IMG/VR virus record: IMGVR_UViG_3300045988_106465
Span: 1 to 13,010 of that record
From: a virus
Reading direction: 5' to 3' (one strand)
DNA: 13,010 nucleotides
Shown here piece by piece: positions 1-7,485 of the stretch. The notes under the pieces were generated by a model. The model was not told the DNA's origin and made no database searches. It worked only from the letters and a program-made list of their open reading frames with translations. Position 1 is the first letter of the stretch, and each line of letters starts with the position of its first letter. The position numbers and the translations under genes are program-made.

Positions 1-79
1 CTCGCCTATTGTATTGACTGATAACCATTTAACAAAGTTCCCCCATTGTTTGCTCCATTCCGAACGTTTTCATGCCAGA

Positions 80-109
80 TTGACAGCGTTTTAACAAGAT
101 ATACATAAT
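80..109 (+). promoter_or_regulatory. ITR-internal sigma70/SigA-like promoter, left copy, pointing inward (antisense to the tailspike gene)
   Basis: TTGACA (80-85), an 18-nt spacer, then CATAAT (104-109). The same sequence occurs on the minus strand at the right end. Confidence 0.35.
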
Positions 110-145
110 GCACAATATAAAACCATCTTCCAGGTATATTTTTGG

Positions 146-163
146 TTGTTTTGCACAAAACAA
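146..163. promoter_or_regulatory. Palindrome TTGTTTTG-CA-CAAAACAA inside the ITR (candidate operator)
   Basis: Two 8-bp perfect inverted arms are separated by 2 bp. It lies downstream of the ITR promoter, and a copy is present in the right ITR. Confidence 0.3.
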
Positions 164-204
164 GAGTTATGGATGAAAAGCTCCTAGATAGATTATACCT
201 TTCG

Positions 205-239
205 AGAACAAACGATTAGAGGACCATTTCTGGCCCTCT
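205..239 (-). terminator. Candidate intrinsic terminator after the last late gene
   Basis: The minus-strand RNA forms AGAGGGCC-AGAAAU-GGUCCUCU, an 8-bp stem with one G-U pair. This hairpin is followed by AAUCGUUUGUUCUC, which is only a weak U tract. It begins 15 nt after the tailspike stop. Confidence 0.4.
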
Positions 240-253
240 GACGGGGTGTGCGG

Positions 254-1627
254 TTAATCTCGTTTCACTCGAACGGTGGCTGTAAGTGCAAAGCTTTTGA
301 CGCCGCTTTCATCGTTTGTATAGAATCGAATCTCGCTGTTGCCTGAGATAGCAAACATGTTAGTATTTGCCGCAGCGTATGCCGCTCCAAGGTATCCCGC
401 ATGATAGGTATATGATATCGGATAAAAGGGTGCTGGAATTTTGGCCACGTTCACATATCCCACTGTATTACCACTGAATGATATTGAACCGTGAATCTCA
501 ACCGTTACCGTGTTATCCTCAATATACATGCGATTACTGTCGATCGTTGCGCCATTTATGGGTGTTACCTCGACATAATAACTTGTTTTTGCGGGGACGT
601 CTATATAGTCGGTGAGTGTCAAGCCGGTTAAGCGGCCCGAAAATTGACCGTCGCATAGTTTGTTTATGTTATGCCCATTTCCCTGTATACCGTTGATATA
701 AACCTTTGTAGTATCTCCGGCGAAAAGTACGCAATTGGGCTTGTTATCATGATAAGCCAGAAGATCATAAACAAACAATAGTTTGCCGTTTGCGACGTTG
801 AAACTGATATCAAAAGTGTCACTTGTGCACGCCGTGAAAATGTTATAACTTTCTTTGATATCGGCAAACTTGGTATTGTTCCAACTGCTGCTTGACGTGT
901 TCCAGCAATGACAAAAACTGATACGGTTATCACCGCCGCTCATATCGAAAATCGTTTGATAGTTTACTGCATAAACTGCATTGAAATGACAATCATACGT
1001 CTGACATTTAACGGCAATATTTCCCAGTGTACCATCACCATTGAACAAAAGCGCTTTGTTTAGCGTGACTTCGTAACCGCTTACAGCATCAATGAAATTT
1101 TTACAATGAATTGAATATACATTGGTAATGAATGTGTTATTGCTGCGTGAAATTTTTATCATAGTTGCAGGCGAATCATTACCATTAAAACAGATTGCGT
1201 TAAAAGATGATTCATAGCCCTTGCTGTCATAGTCAATTACTGGGTTCTGCATGCTTCCAGGGCATTTAAGATACGAATAACCAAAGTCACAATGAACTGG
1301 GCCATTTACTTTAATCGTATCAGTAACATAATATGTTACGCCGAAACTATAAAGCGTTTTTTTGCTGGTAGTAGCTGCTGCAAAAGCCGCTTGGAGTGCT
1401 GCCGTGTCATCCGTCACGCCGTCGCCCTTCGCGCCGAACATTTCCGGCGTCAAGAAGCTATTAGCGACTTCTGCCGGAATAGCGTCAACCTTTTTGGTTA
1501 GCGCGTTATATTTGTTATTCAGTTCGTCGAATTGCGCTTTGAAATCGGCTTGCGATCCTTTAATTTTGCCTAAAATCCAGTCGAGATTGAGATTATGCAA
1601 ATTGGTGTAGGGCCAATCGTTAAACAT
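254..1627 (-). CDS. Tail appendage / tailspike (receptor-binding protein) with a pectate-lyase-like right-handed beta-helix, phi29 gp12-like role
   Basis: 457 aa. The N-terminus carries WPYTNLHNLNLDWILGKIK, an anchor motif common in Firmicute phage fibres, followed by a coiled-coil stretch. FGAKGDGVTDDTAALQAA is the hallmark of Pectate_lyase_3-type beta-helix depolymerases. RBS AAGGGGGT lies upstream of the ATG. It is the last gene of the structural module. Confidence 0.8.
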   Translation of the reverse strand: MFNDWPYTNLHNLNLDWILGKIKGSQADFKAQFDELNNKYNALTKKVDAIPAEVANSFLTPEMFGAKGDGVTDDTAALQAAFAAATTSKKTLYSFGVTYYVTDTIKVNGPVHCDFGYSYLKCPGSMQNPVIDYDSKGYESSFNAICFNGNDSPATMIKISRSNNTFITNVYSIHCKNFIDAVSGYEVTLNKALLFNGDGTLGNIAVKCQTYDCHFNAVYAVNYQTIFDMSGGDNRISFCHCWNTSSSSWNNTKFADIKESYNIFTACTSDTFDISFNVANGKLLFVYDLLAYHDNKPNCVLFAGDTTKVYINGIQGNGHNINKLCDGQFSGRLTGLTLTDYIDVPAKTSYYVEVTPINGATIDSNRMYIEDNTVTVEIHGSISFSGNTVGYVNVAKIPAPFYPISYTYHAGYLGAAYAAANTNMFAISGNSEIRFYTNDESGVKSFALTATVRVKRD

Positions 1628-1641
1628 ATTTTTTACCCCCT

Positions 1642-2346
1642 TTAATATACTCCGATACAGAATGTGTCGATAAACTCATTTGTTATAAGCTTATAAATAT
1701 CATACTGCCGAAGTTTAAGCTCTGCTTCAACCATCTGTTGATTTGTAGTTACGCCGATATTGCCATGAGTATGTATAACAGTATGCCGTGTGTCGCCGCC
1801 CGTGAATCCTTTATTGCGATTGTCGCCGCCCGTGTATCCTTTATTGCGATTATCGCCGCCCGTGTAGCTGCGTGAATCGTCGCTATGATCTTCGCTTCCG
1901 CTGCTATCGGTAAGCTGTAAATCGCTGCTATTGTATCCCGTCCGGCTGTTTTGTATGCTGCCGCTGCTGTTGCTGTTTCCGCTGTCCGTTAGATTGCGGT
2001 TATAATCGTCGCTTTCTTTAAGGTCGCGTGTGTAATCGTCGCTTTCTTTAAGGTCGCGCGTGTAGTCTTCGAGATGATCTTCGTATCTGTCTGTATTTTC
2101 AATTGGGTTATACTCTGCATCGAGTGCCGCAATCATGCGGTTCCATGCCGCAAGCCGTGTCTTGCTCCAATTACCGATCAGTCTGCCCAGTATATCAGCA
2201 TTCGGGAACAGCAATTCCAGCTCCGCCGCCTCCATGATGATATTATCAATCAATGTTTCTCTGTCAACGCTCGTCGGAATAGTGAGCGAGTCAAAAATTG
2301 CTGGCTGATAGTTATACAGCCCCAGAATTGATAGAGTCGCTTCCAC
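1642..2346 (-). CDS. Lower collar / head-tail adaptor protein (phi29 gp11-like)
   Basis: 234 aa with a GTG start 7 nt after GGAGGTG. It lies directly downstream of the portal gene. The middle is S/N/D-rich, and the C-terminal motif GNIGVTTNQQMVEAELKLRQYDIYKLITNEFIDTFCIGVY is one I recognise from Picovirinae lower collar proteins. That recognition is from memory and needs HHpred. Confidence 0.65.
   Translation of the reverse strand: MEATLSILGLYNYQPAIFDSLTIPTSVDRETLIDNIIMEAAELELLFPNADILGRLIGNWSKTRLAAWNRMIAALDAEYNPIENTDRYEDHLEDYTRDLKESDDYTRDLKESDDYNRNLTDSGNSNSSGSIQNSRTGYNSSDLQLTDSSGSEDHSDDSRSYTGGDNRNKGYTGGDNRNKGFTGGDTRHTVIHTHGNIGVTTNQQMVEAELKLRQYDIYKLITNEFIDTFCIGVY
1791..1868. repeat. 30-nt tandem repeat (about 2.6 copies) inside the lower collar gene
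   Basis: Units at 1791-1820 and 1821-1850 differ at one base, and a partial third unit runs to 1868. They encode YTGGDNRNKG / YTGGDNRNKG / FTGGDTRH. Confidence 0.9.
2003..2062. repeat. Second 30-nt tandem repeat (2 copies plus degenerate flanks) inside the lower collar gene
   Basis: Units at 2003-2032 and 2033-2062 differ at one base. They encode DYTRDLKESD twice, followed in the protein by the degenerate DYNRNL. Confidence 0.9.
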
Positions 2347-3226
2347 CGTCTGTCACCTCCACCGCAAAATCAACGCCCAGCAAACCGCGAATGTCAGGGT
2401 ACATCTTCTCACTCTGCGCCATCCCGGCGCGAATCTCGTCAAGCCACATGCGCGCTTTGCTCCGCGTGAACATGTCGCCCCTTGCAATTTCTCCCGTGAT
2501 AAGCCGCTCTTTTTTCTCGGTCTGAACATTTGGGATGCCGATCTCAGCGCGGAAAGCAGCTTGGATTTTTTGCAGCACGTCCAGAACGTCGCCTGCAATA
2601 AAATTTTGCCCGACATTTTGCGTCAGCAGATGCAGCCCGTCGCCCGCTTTGCTGCCCGTGCGCTGGACAACTGCCGGAATACCGCTTGCAATGTTGTCAT
2701 AGAGTTTTTTAATCGTCTCCGCTTGAGCTTTACTGTCTGCTTCGCCGATGTATGACAGATGTGAGTTGAGAATATTCACGGCTGCACACTGCCAGCATAG
2801 AGTCATTAGATCTCCGTATGTGTCCACAATCCCCGCCACGCCCGAATAATCCGGCTGCATTTTGATGAGCGCGCAATCTCGACCGATGGTCAGCGGCCCA
2901 TGCTGCCGGATAAGCGGATTTGCAACGCTTGCTTTGTTGGGTCTGTAAAACACATTTTGACCACCAAGCGAGCAGGACATCGGGATAACGCCGAATCGGT
3001 CAGTGTTTATAACCGCCACAAAACCCACGCCGAGCAGGTTATAGCGGAAAAAATCAGCATCCCACCATTCAGGCAGTGTAAATTTAAACACCGACAAAGC
3101 ATCCTGCAAAAGATAGCGTTTAAAAAATCTCGCAAGCCCGGTATCATGCACATGCAGAAACGAAGGGTGAATCATGCCGTCAACGCTATTAAGCGTGTCG
3201 TAGAAAAAAGGTGGAGTGAATGCCAA
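2312..3226 (-). CDS. Portal / upper collar connector protein (phi29 gp10-like)
   Basis: 304 aa, against 309 aa for phi29 gp10. The motif GIPNVQTEKKERLITGEI matches phi29 gp10 GIKNANLEKKERMVTDEV. The start is TTG, immediately after the upstream stop, with AGGGGG about 9 nt upstream. Confidence 0.85.
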   Translation of the reverse strand: MAFTPPFFYDTLNSVDGMIHPSFLHVHDTGLARFFKRYLLQDALSVFKFTLPEWWDADFFRYNLLGVGFVAVINTDRFGVIPMSCSLGGQNVFYRPNKASVANPLIRQHGPLTIGRDCALIKMQPDYSGVAGIVDTYGDLMTLCWQCAAVNILNSHLSYIGEADSKAQAETIKKLYDNIASGIPAVVQRTGSKAGDGLHLLTQNVGQNFIAGDVLDVLQKIQAAFRAEIGIPNVQTEKKERLITGEIARGDMFTRSKARMWLDEIRAGMAQSEKMYPDIRGLLGVDFAVEVTDGGSDSINSGAV

Positions 3227-3847
3227 TTAAAACAACCCCCTTTTAAATTTGTAGAGCAGCCAAACCGGAATTTTTGACGGATAGGGAGGGAGAACACCGC
3301 CGAAAAACTCATACCATGCCGCCGCCTGTTCGCCGCGACTTCCCGGCCCCTGCGCGCTGCTGCGCTCGTATTGCCAATAGTACGCTTCGGCCAGTGTTCG
3401 CGGATCGTCGGTTGATTTTTTGAATCCCGGCCATGTATAGTTGAATCCCTCATTGCTATACCAATCTTGCCCGGTTGTCGCGCTGTACTCATGGAAGAGC
3501 ATCTGCACATCAATAGCTGATAGCGGGTTGTCATCTGTTGCAGTTGGAGAGATGCCGAGATTTGTCAACGCCCAATCTCCAATTTTGCGTCCCCATGGGG
3601 TCCACTGCGGGAGACCAAAGCCGCCACTGCGTGTTGTCGGAAAATTTGCTGACGTTGGATAATTGGGATTTATGCGACACTCGCTTTCCCAGTTTCCCAG
3701 CATCGCGCAAGCGCTATTGATCGTAAACCCCAGCGCGCCCAGATACGCCGCGAAAACGGTTGCGTTTTGCTCCATCTGTGCGCGGTCCGGGTAGACGCGG
3801 AACGTGTGGAAATAAGATGCAAAATCAGGCGGCTGGATGTCACTCAT
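3227..3847 (-). CDS. Tail-associated peptidoglycan hydrolase (phage tail lysozyme family; functional analogue of phi29 gp13)
   Basis: 206 aa counted from the internal ATG at 3847, which overlaps the tail-knob stop (ATGAGTGA). CAMLGNWESECRINP...GGFGLPQWT resembles the ILGNxxxESGxNP...GxGLxQWT signature of the phage tail lysozyme domain. The longer track ORF (to 4000) overlaps the knob gene and has no RBS. Confidence 0.65.
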   Translation of the reverse strand: MSDIQPPDFASYFHTFRVYPDRAQMEQNATVFAAYLGALGFTINSACAMLGNWESECRINPNYPTSANFPTTRSGGFGLPQWTPWGRKIGDWALTNLGISPTATDDNPLSAIDVQMLFHEYSATTGQDWYSNEGFNYTWPGFKKSTDDPRTLAEAYYWQYERSSAQGPGSRGEQAAAWYEFFGGVLPPYPSKIPVWLLYKFKRGLF

Positions 3848-5291
3848 AGTAAAAGCCCCCGCGCAAAAAAGATATAATTGCATCGTGCTCTTCAGCCGTC
3901 GCCACGACGTGCAACTCCGGGTTTTGACACATGATAAACCCGGATAGGCTCTTGATATTACGCACAGCGCACAATGGCCTTCCAGCTCGTGTGTTGTCAT
4001 TGTCCACCAAGATTGAAAAATCCGCTCTCAAAATAGGTGGTAGCTGATAGGCCGCAATGCTGCCGGACGCTGACAGTGTTTGTACCGTAGGCGTGCTCGT
4101 CGGAACAACCTCATTGATAGCAGCTTGCGCGAAACCGCTTGCAATATTGCCGTAGTTAGACCAGCTTCGCACGCCTGCTTTAACCGCGCCTATAATGCCC
4201 TGTCCCGCTGCCGTGGCAGGTGGAGGCGCCAGAAGCCCGGTAACACCGCTTGCAATACTGTCAAACATGCCCATTGTAACCTGTGATAGCTGGATATCAA
4301 CCCCCACCGATGCAGCAGTTCGCAGAATTTCGCTTGAACCTGCCGAGAAAGTCGAAATGCCGTTACCTGATACACAATCAACCAATGTTGATACAGTGAG
4401 CGCTTTAGCGTCGCCGCGAACGAAAAAATCCGGTGCGATTGCTACATCCCCCCACGGCCCATAGTTATAGGTGAGGCGTGTATAAGGGCTGCCGTTGAGA
4501 TAGCCCCCGCGCGTCGCTGCCTGTGGGTGCTGCGGAACATCCAGCGTCCAAGTGTCTGTGAAAATCGGCGTTTTTGCAAGGCGCTTGCAGTTGACAGGGA
4601 GGGTCCACCATCCTACTTTAATGGACGCTTGCACGTCTCCCTCTGTCGGCGCAACAAAGGGGAACCATTTACAGCTTACAATATATTGAAACGGGTTAAA
4701 CAGTGTTTTGGCAAGCTCGCTTGAAATCTCGCTTGATGGGATCTGCAAATAATCCGTGTTGATAAATAGTGCATCTCTGAGCGCTGCCATGTATGACTGT
4801 GTCAATACATAATAACTCGTTCCGCCACGAGCATTGTCGTCGCCGTTGATAACACCGATCACATAAGTGCCATCAATCAGGTTTGAGGTCCACGGAAAAC
4901 TAGCAACCGTCCGGTCCATTGTAATTCCGGCTTTGACGCTGTAAAATCCATCGGGCACAAATTCATCGTATTCAGACGCCGAGCGCAATACATATTGTGT
5001 TGAATTCCCAATCTCCGTGCGCCAGCTTGCCAGCACGTCAACCGCGCAGTCAGCTATCCACAATCCATCTTGCCACGTCCACGATGCAAAATAGTACCGC
5101 GCCCAAATCGGAATGTGAATATAATTGATCTGTGCTGGTGTCCAGCCGTCCACCATGTGAAAAACAAGAGACGGCGAAAGAATGCTGCAAACGTCTTTGA
5201 GTTCACAGGCATAAGTCACGCCGTTTGCTGGCTTTGGTATGGCTGTGCTGTCTGCCTCTTTTGCAAACGAATACAGGATTACATCAATCAT
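3840..5291 (-). CDS. Tail knob / distal tail tube protein (phi29 gp9-like)
   Basis: 483 aa with RBS AAGGAGA. The C-terminus is GRPLCAVRNIKSLSGFIMCQNPELHVVATAEEHDAIISFLRGGFYYE. It parallels the phi29 gp9 C-terminus GYKINRVKK...[34 protein letters not shown]. A Gly/Ala-rich hydrophobic loop region precedes it, as in gp9. The gene sits right after the MCP, as in phi29. Confidence 0.8.
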   Translation of the reverse strand: MIDVILYSFAKEADSTAIPKPANGVTYACELKDVCSILSPSLVFHMVDGWTPAQINYIHIPIWARYYFASWTWQDGLWIADCAVDVLASWRTEIGNSTQYVLRSASEYDEFVPDGFYSVKAGITMDRTVASFPWTSNLIDGTYVIGVINGDDNARGGTSYYVLTQSYMAALRDALFINTDYLQIPSSEISSELAKTLFNPFQYIVSCKWFPFVAPTEGDVQASIKVGWWTLPVNCKRLAKTPIFTDTWTLDVPQHPQAATRGGYLNGSPYTRLTYNYGPWGDVAIAPDFFVRGDAKALTVSTLVDCVSGNGISTFSAGSSEILRTAASVGVDIQLSQVTMGMFDSIASGVTGLLAPPPATAAGQGIIGAVKAGVRSWSNYGNIASGFAQAAINEVVPTSTPTVQTLSASGSIAAYQLPPILRADFSILVDNDNTRAGRPLCAVRNIKSLSGFIMCQNPELHVVATAEEHDAIISFLRGGFYYE

Positions 5292-5309
5292 CTTTCGCCG
5301 TCTCCTTTA

Positions 5310-6497
5310 TTAGTCGAGCAGGAACACAACGCCGTTTTCGGTCGTGTCGTTCCACCACCGATTGATAAAATGGTGGAATGCGTTGTAATAACGCGATTTT
5401 GCGTTAATGGGGGTCATCGTCATCCCCTCATTGATCATGTCATAGCCCATCGCGTCGCGGTCATAGAGCACAGCAAGGATATTGCTCTGCTGTACAGCCT
5501 TGCCCTTTTCATGCGCGCCCGTGCTGGTGATCTGTGCAGGTGTGATGTTGATTTTATCCGGCGCGTTGATGTTCTGCCAGAACAACACCGTTTCATGCGG
5601 AATCACATCAACAAAATTGGTGTGCCACGTGTCAGGCAAAACGATACCGCCCATCTCGCGCATAAAGTCGCTCAGGATGAGCGCTCTCTGCATGCTCTTC
5701 GGCGTATGCCGGATGATGGTCGCGCCGTCAATGCTCTTATGATAGAGCGTCGTGCGCTCCTGCATCCGATCGCTTGCTTTCACAAGTTCCACGCAAAGCC
5801 AAAGGACGAAGGGTTTGAAATTCTCCGGCTTGTAGATATCTTGCGCAGTCAGCGTCAAGCCCGTGAGCGTGTTGTATTCCGCGAGCATGTGGCGCACATT
5901 TGCGGCGTCCGTGTTAATCTTCGCGCCAATCATATTGGCGATGGTTCCGCGCGCCAGATTCTCCCGCTGCTGCTCCACCTCGTCGAGCACAAACTGCCGC
6001 TGCATCGCGAGGAACTGAGAGAGTTCATCCGGCCCGCGGAATGCTGCCTTGAGCTGGTATTCAAAAACTGTCGGTTCCTGCACTGCCCACTGAACAGCGC
6101 TTGTAAAATTGAGCTGCAACGCCTTCGGGCGCTTTACGGTCCACTGGTCGGCGCTGGTGCCGTCGGCAGGTGCGCTCGTATATTCCGGGTTGTCTTGCGC
6201 GCTGTCAATACCGAGCGGCGTGATTTTGCGAGTTTGAAAGCCCCAATCAAGGCTGTTACCCTCAAGGATTTTGAAGCGGCCAGTGTATGGCCGATTGACA
6301 AAAATCGAACGGTTAATAACCGTTGAAATGCTGGTCATGATGGGGTCAGTGCCCACAGACAGGCCACTTTCGGCCATTGCGACAAACTGCGACATATCGC
6401 GCGGCGCTGCGCTGATATCAGCCGTTCGGCCCTGCGCGTCTGCCACGATCTGGTTCAGGATCGTGGCAATTTGTGCGAATGTGTAACCAGTTGCCAT
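5310..6497 (-). CDS. Major capsid protein (phi29 gp8-like HK97 fold, no Ig-like C-terminal domain)
   Basis: 395 aa with RBS GGAGGTG 8 nt upstream. The C-terminal block LAVLYDRDAMGYDMINEGMTMTPINAKSRYYNAFHHFINRWW parallels phi29 gp8 [36 protein letters not shown]. It follows the scaffold-position gene with a 1-nt TAATG overlap. Confidence 0.88.
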   Translation of the reverse strand: MATGYTFAQIATILNQIVADAQGRTADISAAPRDMSQFVAMAESGLSVGTDPIMTSISTVINRSIFVNRPYTGRFKILEGNSLDWGFQTRKITPLGIDSAQDNPEYTSAPADGTSADQWTVKRPKALQLNFTSAVQWAVQEPTVFEYQLKAAFRGPDELSQFLAMQRQFVLDEVEQQRENLARGTIANMIGAKINTDAANVRHMLAEYNTLTGLTLTAQDIYKPENFKPFVLWLCVELVKASDRMQERTTLYHKSIDGATIIRHTPKSMQRALILSDFMREMGGIVLPDTWHTNFVDVIPHETVLFWQNINAPDKINITPAQITSTGAHEKGKAVQQSNILAVLYDRDAMGYDMINEGMTMTPINAKSRYYNAFHHFINRWWNDTTENGVVFLLD

Positions 6498-6865
6498 TAC
6501 GATTTCACCTCCATAGCGTAATCATTGGCGGCGAGAATTTCAGCCGCGTCTACTGACTGCGGCGCGCCGCCCATGTTATTGATGTTGTTTGCGCGGAACA
6601 TGCCGAGCATTTCACGCAAAAGCTGCACCGTCTCGCTTTCCTGCTGCGGCTGCTGCGGTCCCGGCTGCTGTACCTGCTGCGGCTGCGGTTCCGGCTGCGG
6701 CTGCTGCGGTCCCGGCTGCTGTACCTGCTGCGGCTGCGGTTCCGGCTGCGGCTGCGGTTCCGGTCCCGGCTGCTGTACCTGCTGCGGCTGCGGCTGCATC
6801 ATGGCAAGAATTTCTTCTCGGCTCCATCCTGCTCGATGTAGATCGAGCACATCTTGCATCGTCAT
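6497..6865 (-). CDS. Putative scaffolding protein with an internal Pro/Gln-rich tandem repeat
   Basis: 122 aa with RBS AAGGAGG. It lies immediately upstream of, and translationally coupled to, the MCP, which is the phi29 gp7 position. Helical-looking N- and C-terminal segments flank QQVQQPGP(E/Q)(P/Q)PQPEPQP repeats. No homology was recognised. Confidence 0.55.
   Translation of the reverse strand: MTMQDVLDLHRAGWSREEILAMMQPQPQQVQQPGPEPQPQPEPQPQQVQQPGPQQPQPEPQPQQVQQPGPQQPQQESETVQLLREMLGMFRANNINNMGGAPQSVDAAEILAANDYAMEVKS
6641..6796. repeat. Coding tandem repeat, 51-54-nt unit, about 3 copies (GC-rich CTGCGG/CTGCTG array)
   Basis: Units at 6648-6698 and 6699-6749 are identical. A third, rearranged copy has the core GGTCCCGGCTGCTGTACCTGCTGCGGCTGCGG at 6762-6793. 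Confidence 0.9.
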
Positions 6866-6996
6866 TCTGTCGCAACCTCCTTGATCGCATGCATCGAAAT
6901 AGTTGTCTGTACATCCGGCGAGAGTTTGAGCTTTTGCTGCGCAATGCTGCCGCCGCTGTCCTTGTATGTGATGAGTACATAAGTATTCACCGCCAT
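6862..6996 (-). CDS. Hypothetical 44-aa protein (below the ORF-track size cutoff)
   Basis: The product is MAVNTYVLITYKDSGGSIAQQKLKLSPDVQTTISMHAIKEVATE. The ATG at 6996 is preceded by GGGGGGTG 6 nt upstream. Its stop overlaps the scaffold start as ATGA. It exactly fills the gap between the endolysin and the scaffold. Confidence 0.5.
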   Translation of the reverse strand: MAVNTYVLITYKDSGGSIAQQKLKLSPDVQTTISMHAIKEVATE

Positions 6997-6999
6997 CTG

Positions 7000-7485
7000 T
7001 TACACCCCCCGTCTGATAACTTCCACCATTCGCTCAAGCAAATCTGCGATTTCAAGCCGCGCATCTGCGCCGTCTCCGTTGCTCTCTTCGCCGTAGTCCA
7101 CATCAATACATTTTGCATGATGTGTCCATCCGCTGATGGCCCCCATCTGCACGCCGCCCGTTGTACTGTGGATTACTTCGCCGTTGCCGCAATAGATGCC
7201 CACATGGTAGGCGTTGCCCATCTCATCATGATAGCCGCGCGGAATTTCACCGCCGTCACGCGAGACCTTGAACACCCATTCACCAGGCTGAATCGTGCTC
7301 ATATCGTCCGAGCGATCATAGACAGCATCGCGCCACATCTGATTACTTCCCCGCCAATTTTTGGAGAGCGCATTGCAGTCTTTGAGCACCTGTTCAACAA
7401 ACGCCTGACAATCAAGCTGCTCATAAGGCGTACCCAGATAGCCGCCAGTGAGAGCACGATCTACATAAGCATCAGCTTTCACCAT
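7000..7485 (-). CDS. NlpC/P60-family cell wall peptidase (endolysin)
   Basis: 161 aa counted from the ATG at 7485. The catalytic Cys context is LDCQAFVEQV and the His context is YHVGIYCGNGEVIHST, both typical of NlpC/P60. It follows the holin directly. No separate cell-wall-binding domain is evident. Confidence 0.8.
   Translation of the reverse strand: MVKADAYVDRALTGGYLGTPYEQLDCQAFVEQVLKDCNALSKNWRGSNQMWRDAVYDRSDDMSTIQPGEWVFKVSRDGGEIPRGYHDEMGNAYHVGIYCGNGEVIHSTTGGVQMGAISGWTHHAKCIDVDYGEESNGDGADARLEIADLLERMVEVIRRGV

Larger units (their letters stand above)
1..182. repeat. Left inverted terminal repeat (182 bp)
   Basis: I compared it base by base with the reverse complement of 12829-13010. All 182 positions are identical, and identity stops at 183/12828. 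Confidence 0.97.

Noticed and set aside
169-219. 16-codon plus-strand mini-ORF starting at the ATG in the ITR (MDEKLLDRLYLSRTND)
   Set aside because: It has no convincing RBS. The equivalent ATG in the right ITR opens a different 10-codon peptide, so there is no conserved product.
3848-4000. N-terminal 51-codon extension of the tail lysozyme ORF (track ORF 3227-4000)
   Set aside because: It overlaps the conserved C-terminus of the tail-knob gene in another frame. The internal ATG at 3847 forms a typical ATGAGTGA coupling with the knob stop.
5070-6326. 418-aa plus-strand ORF, the longest ORF on the plus strand
   Set aside because: It lies entirely antisense to the MCP and tail-knob genes and spans their junction. 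Its composition is Arg/His/Cys-rich and not protein-like. It has no RBS. The opposite strand has clear phi29 gp8/gp9-like motifs.
6641-6796. Regular short repeats that at first glance resemble a CRISPR or minisatellite array
   Set aside because: The units are contiguous with no unique spacers. The period of 51-54 nt is a multiple of 3, and the array lies in frame inside a coding gene.
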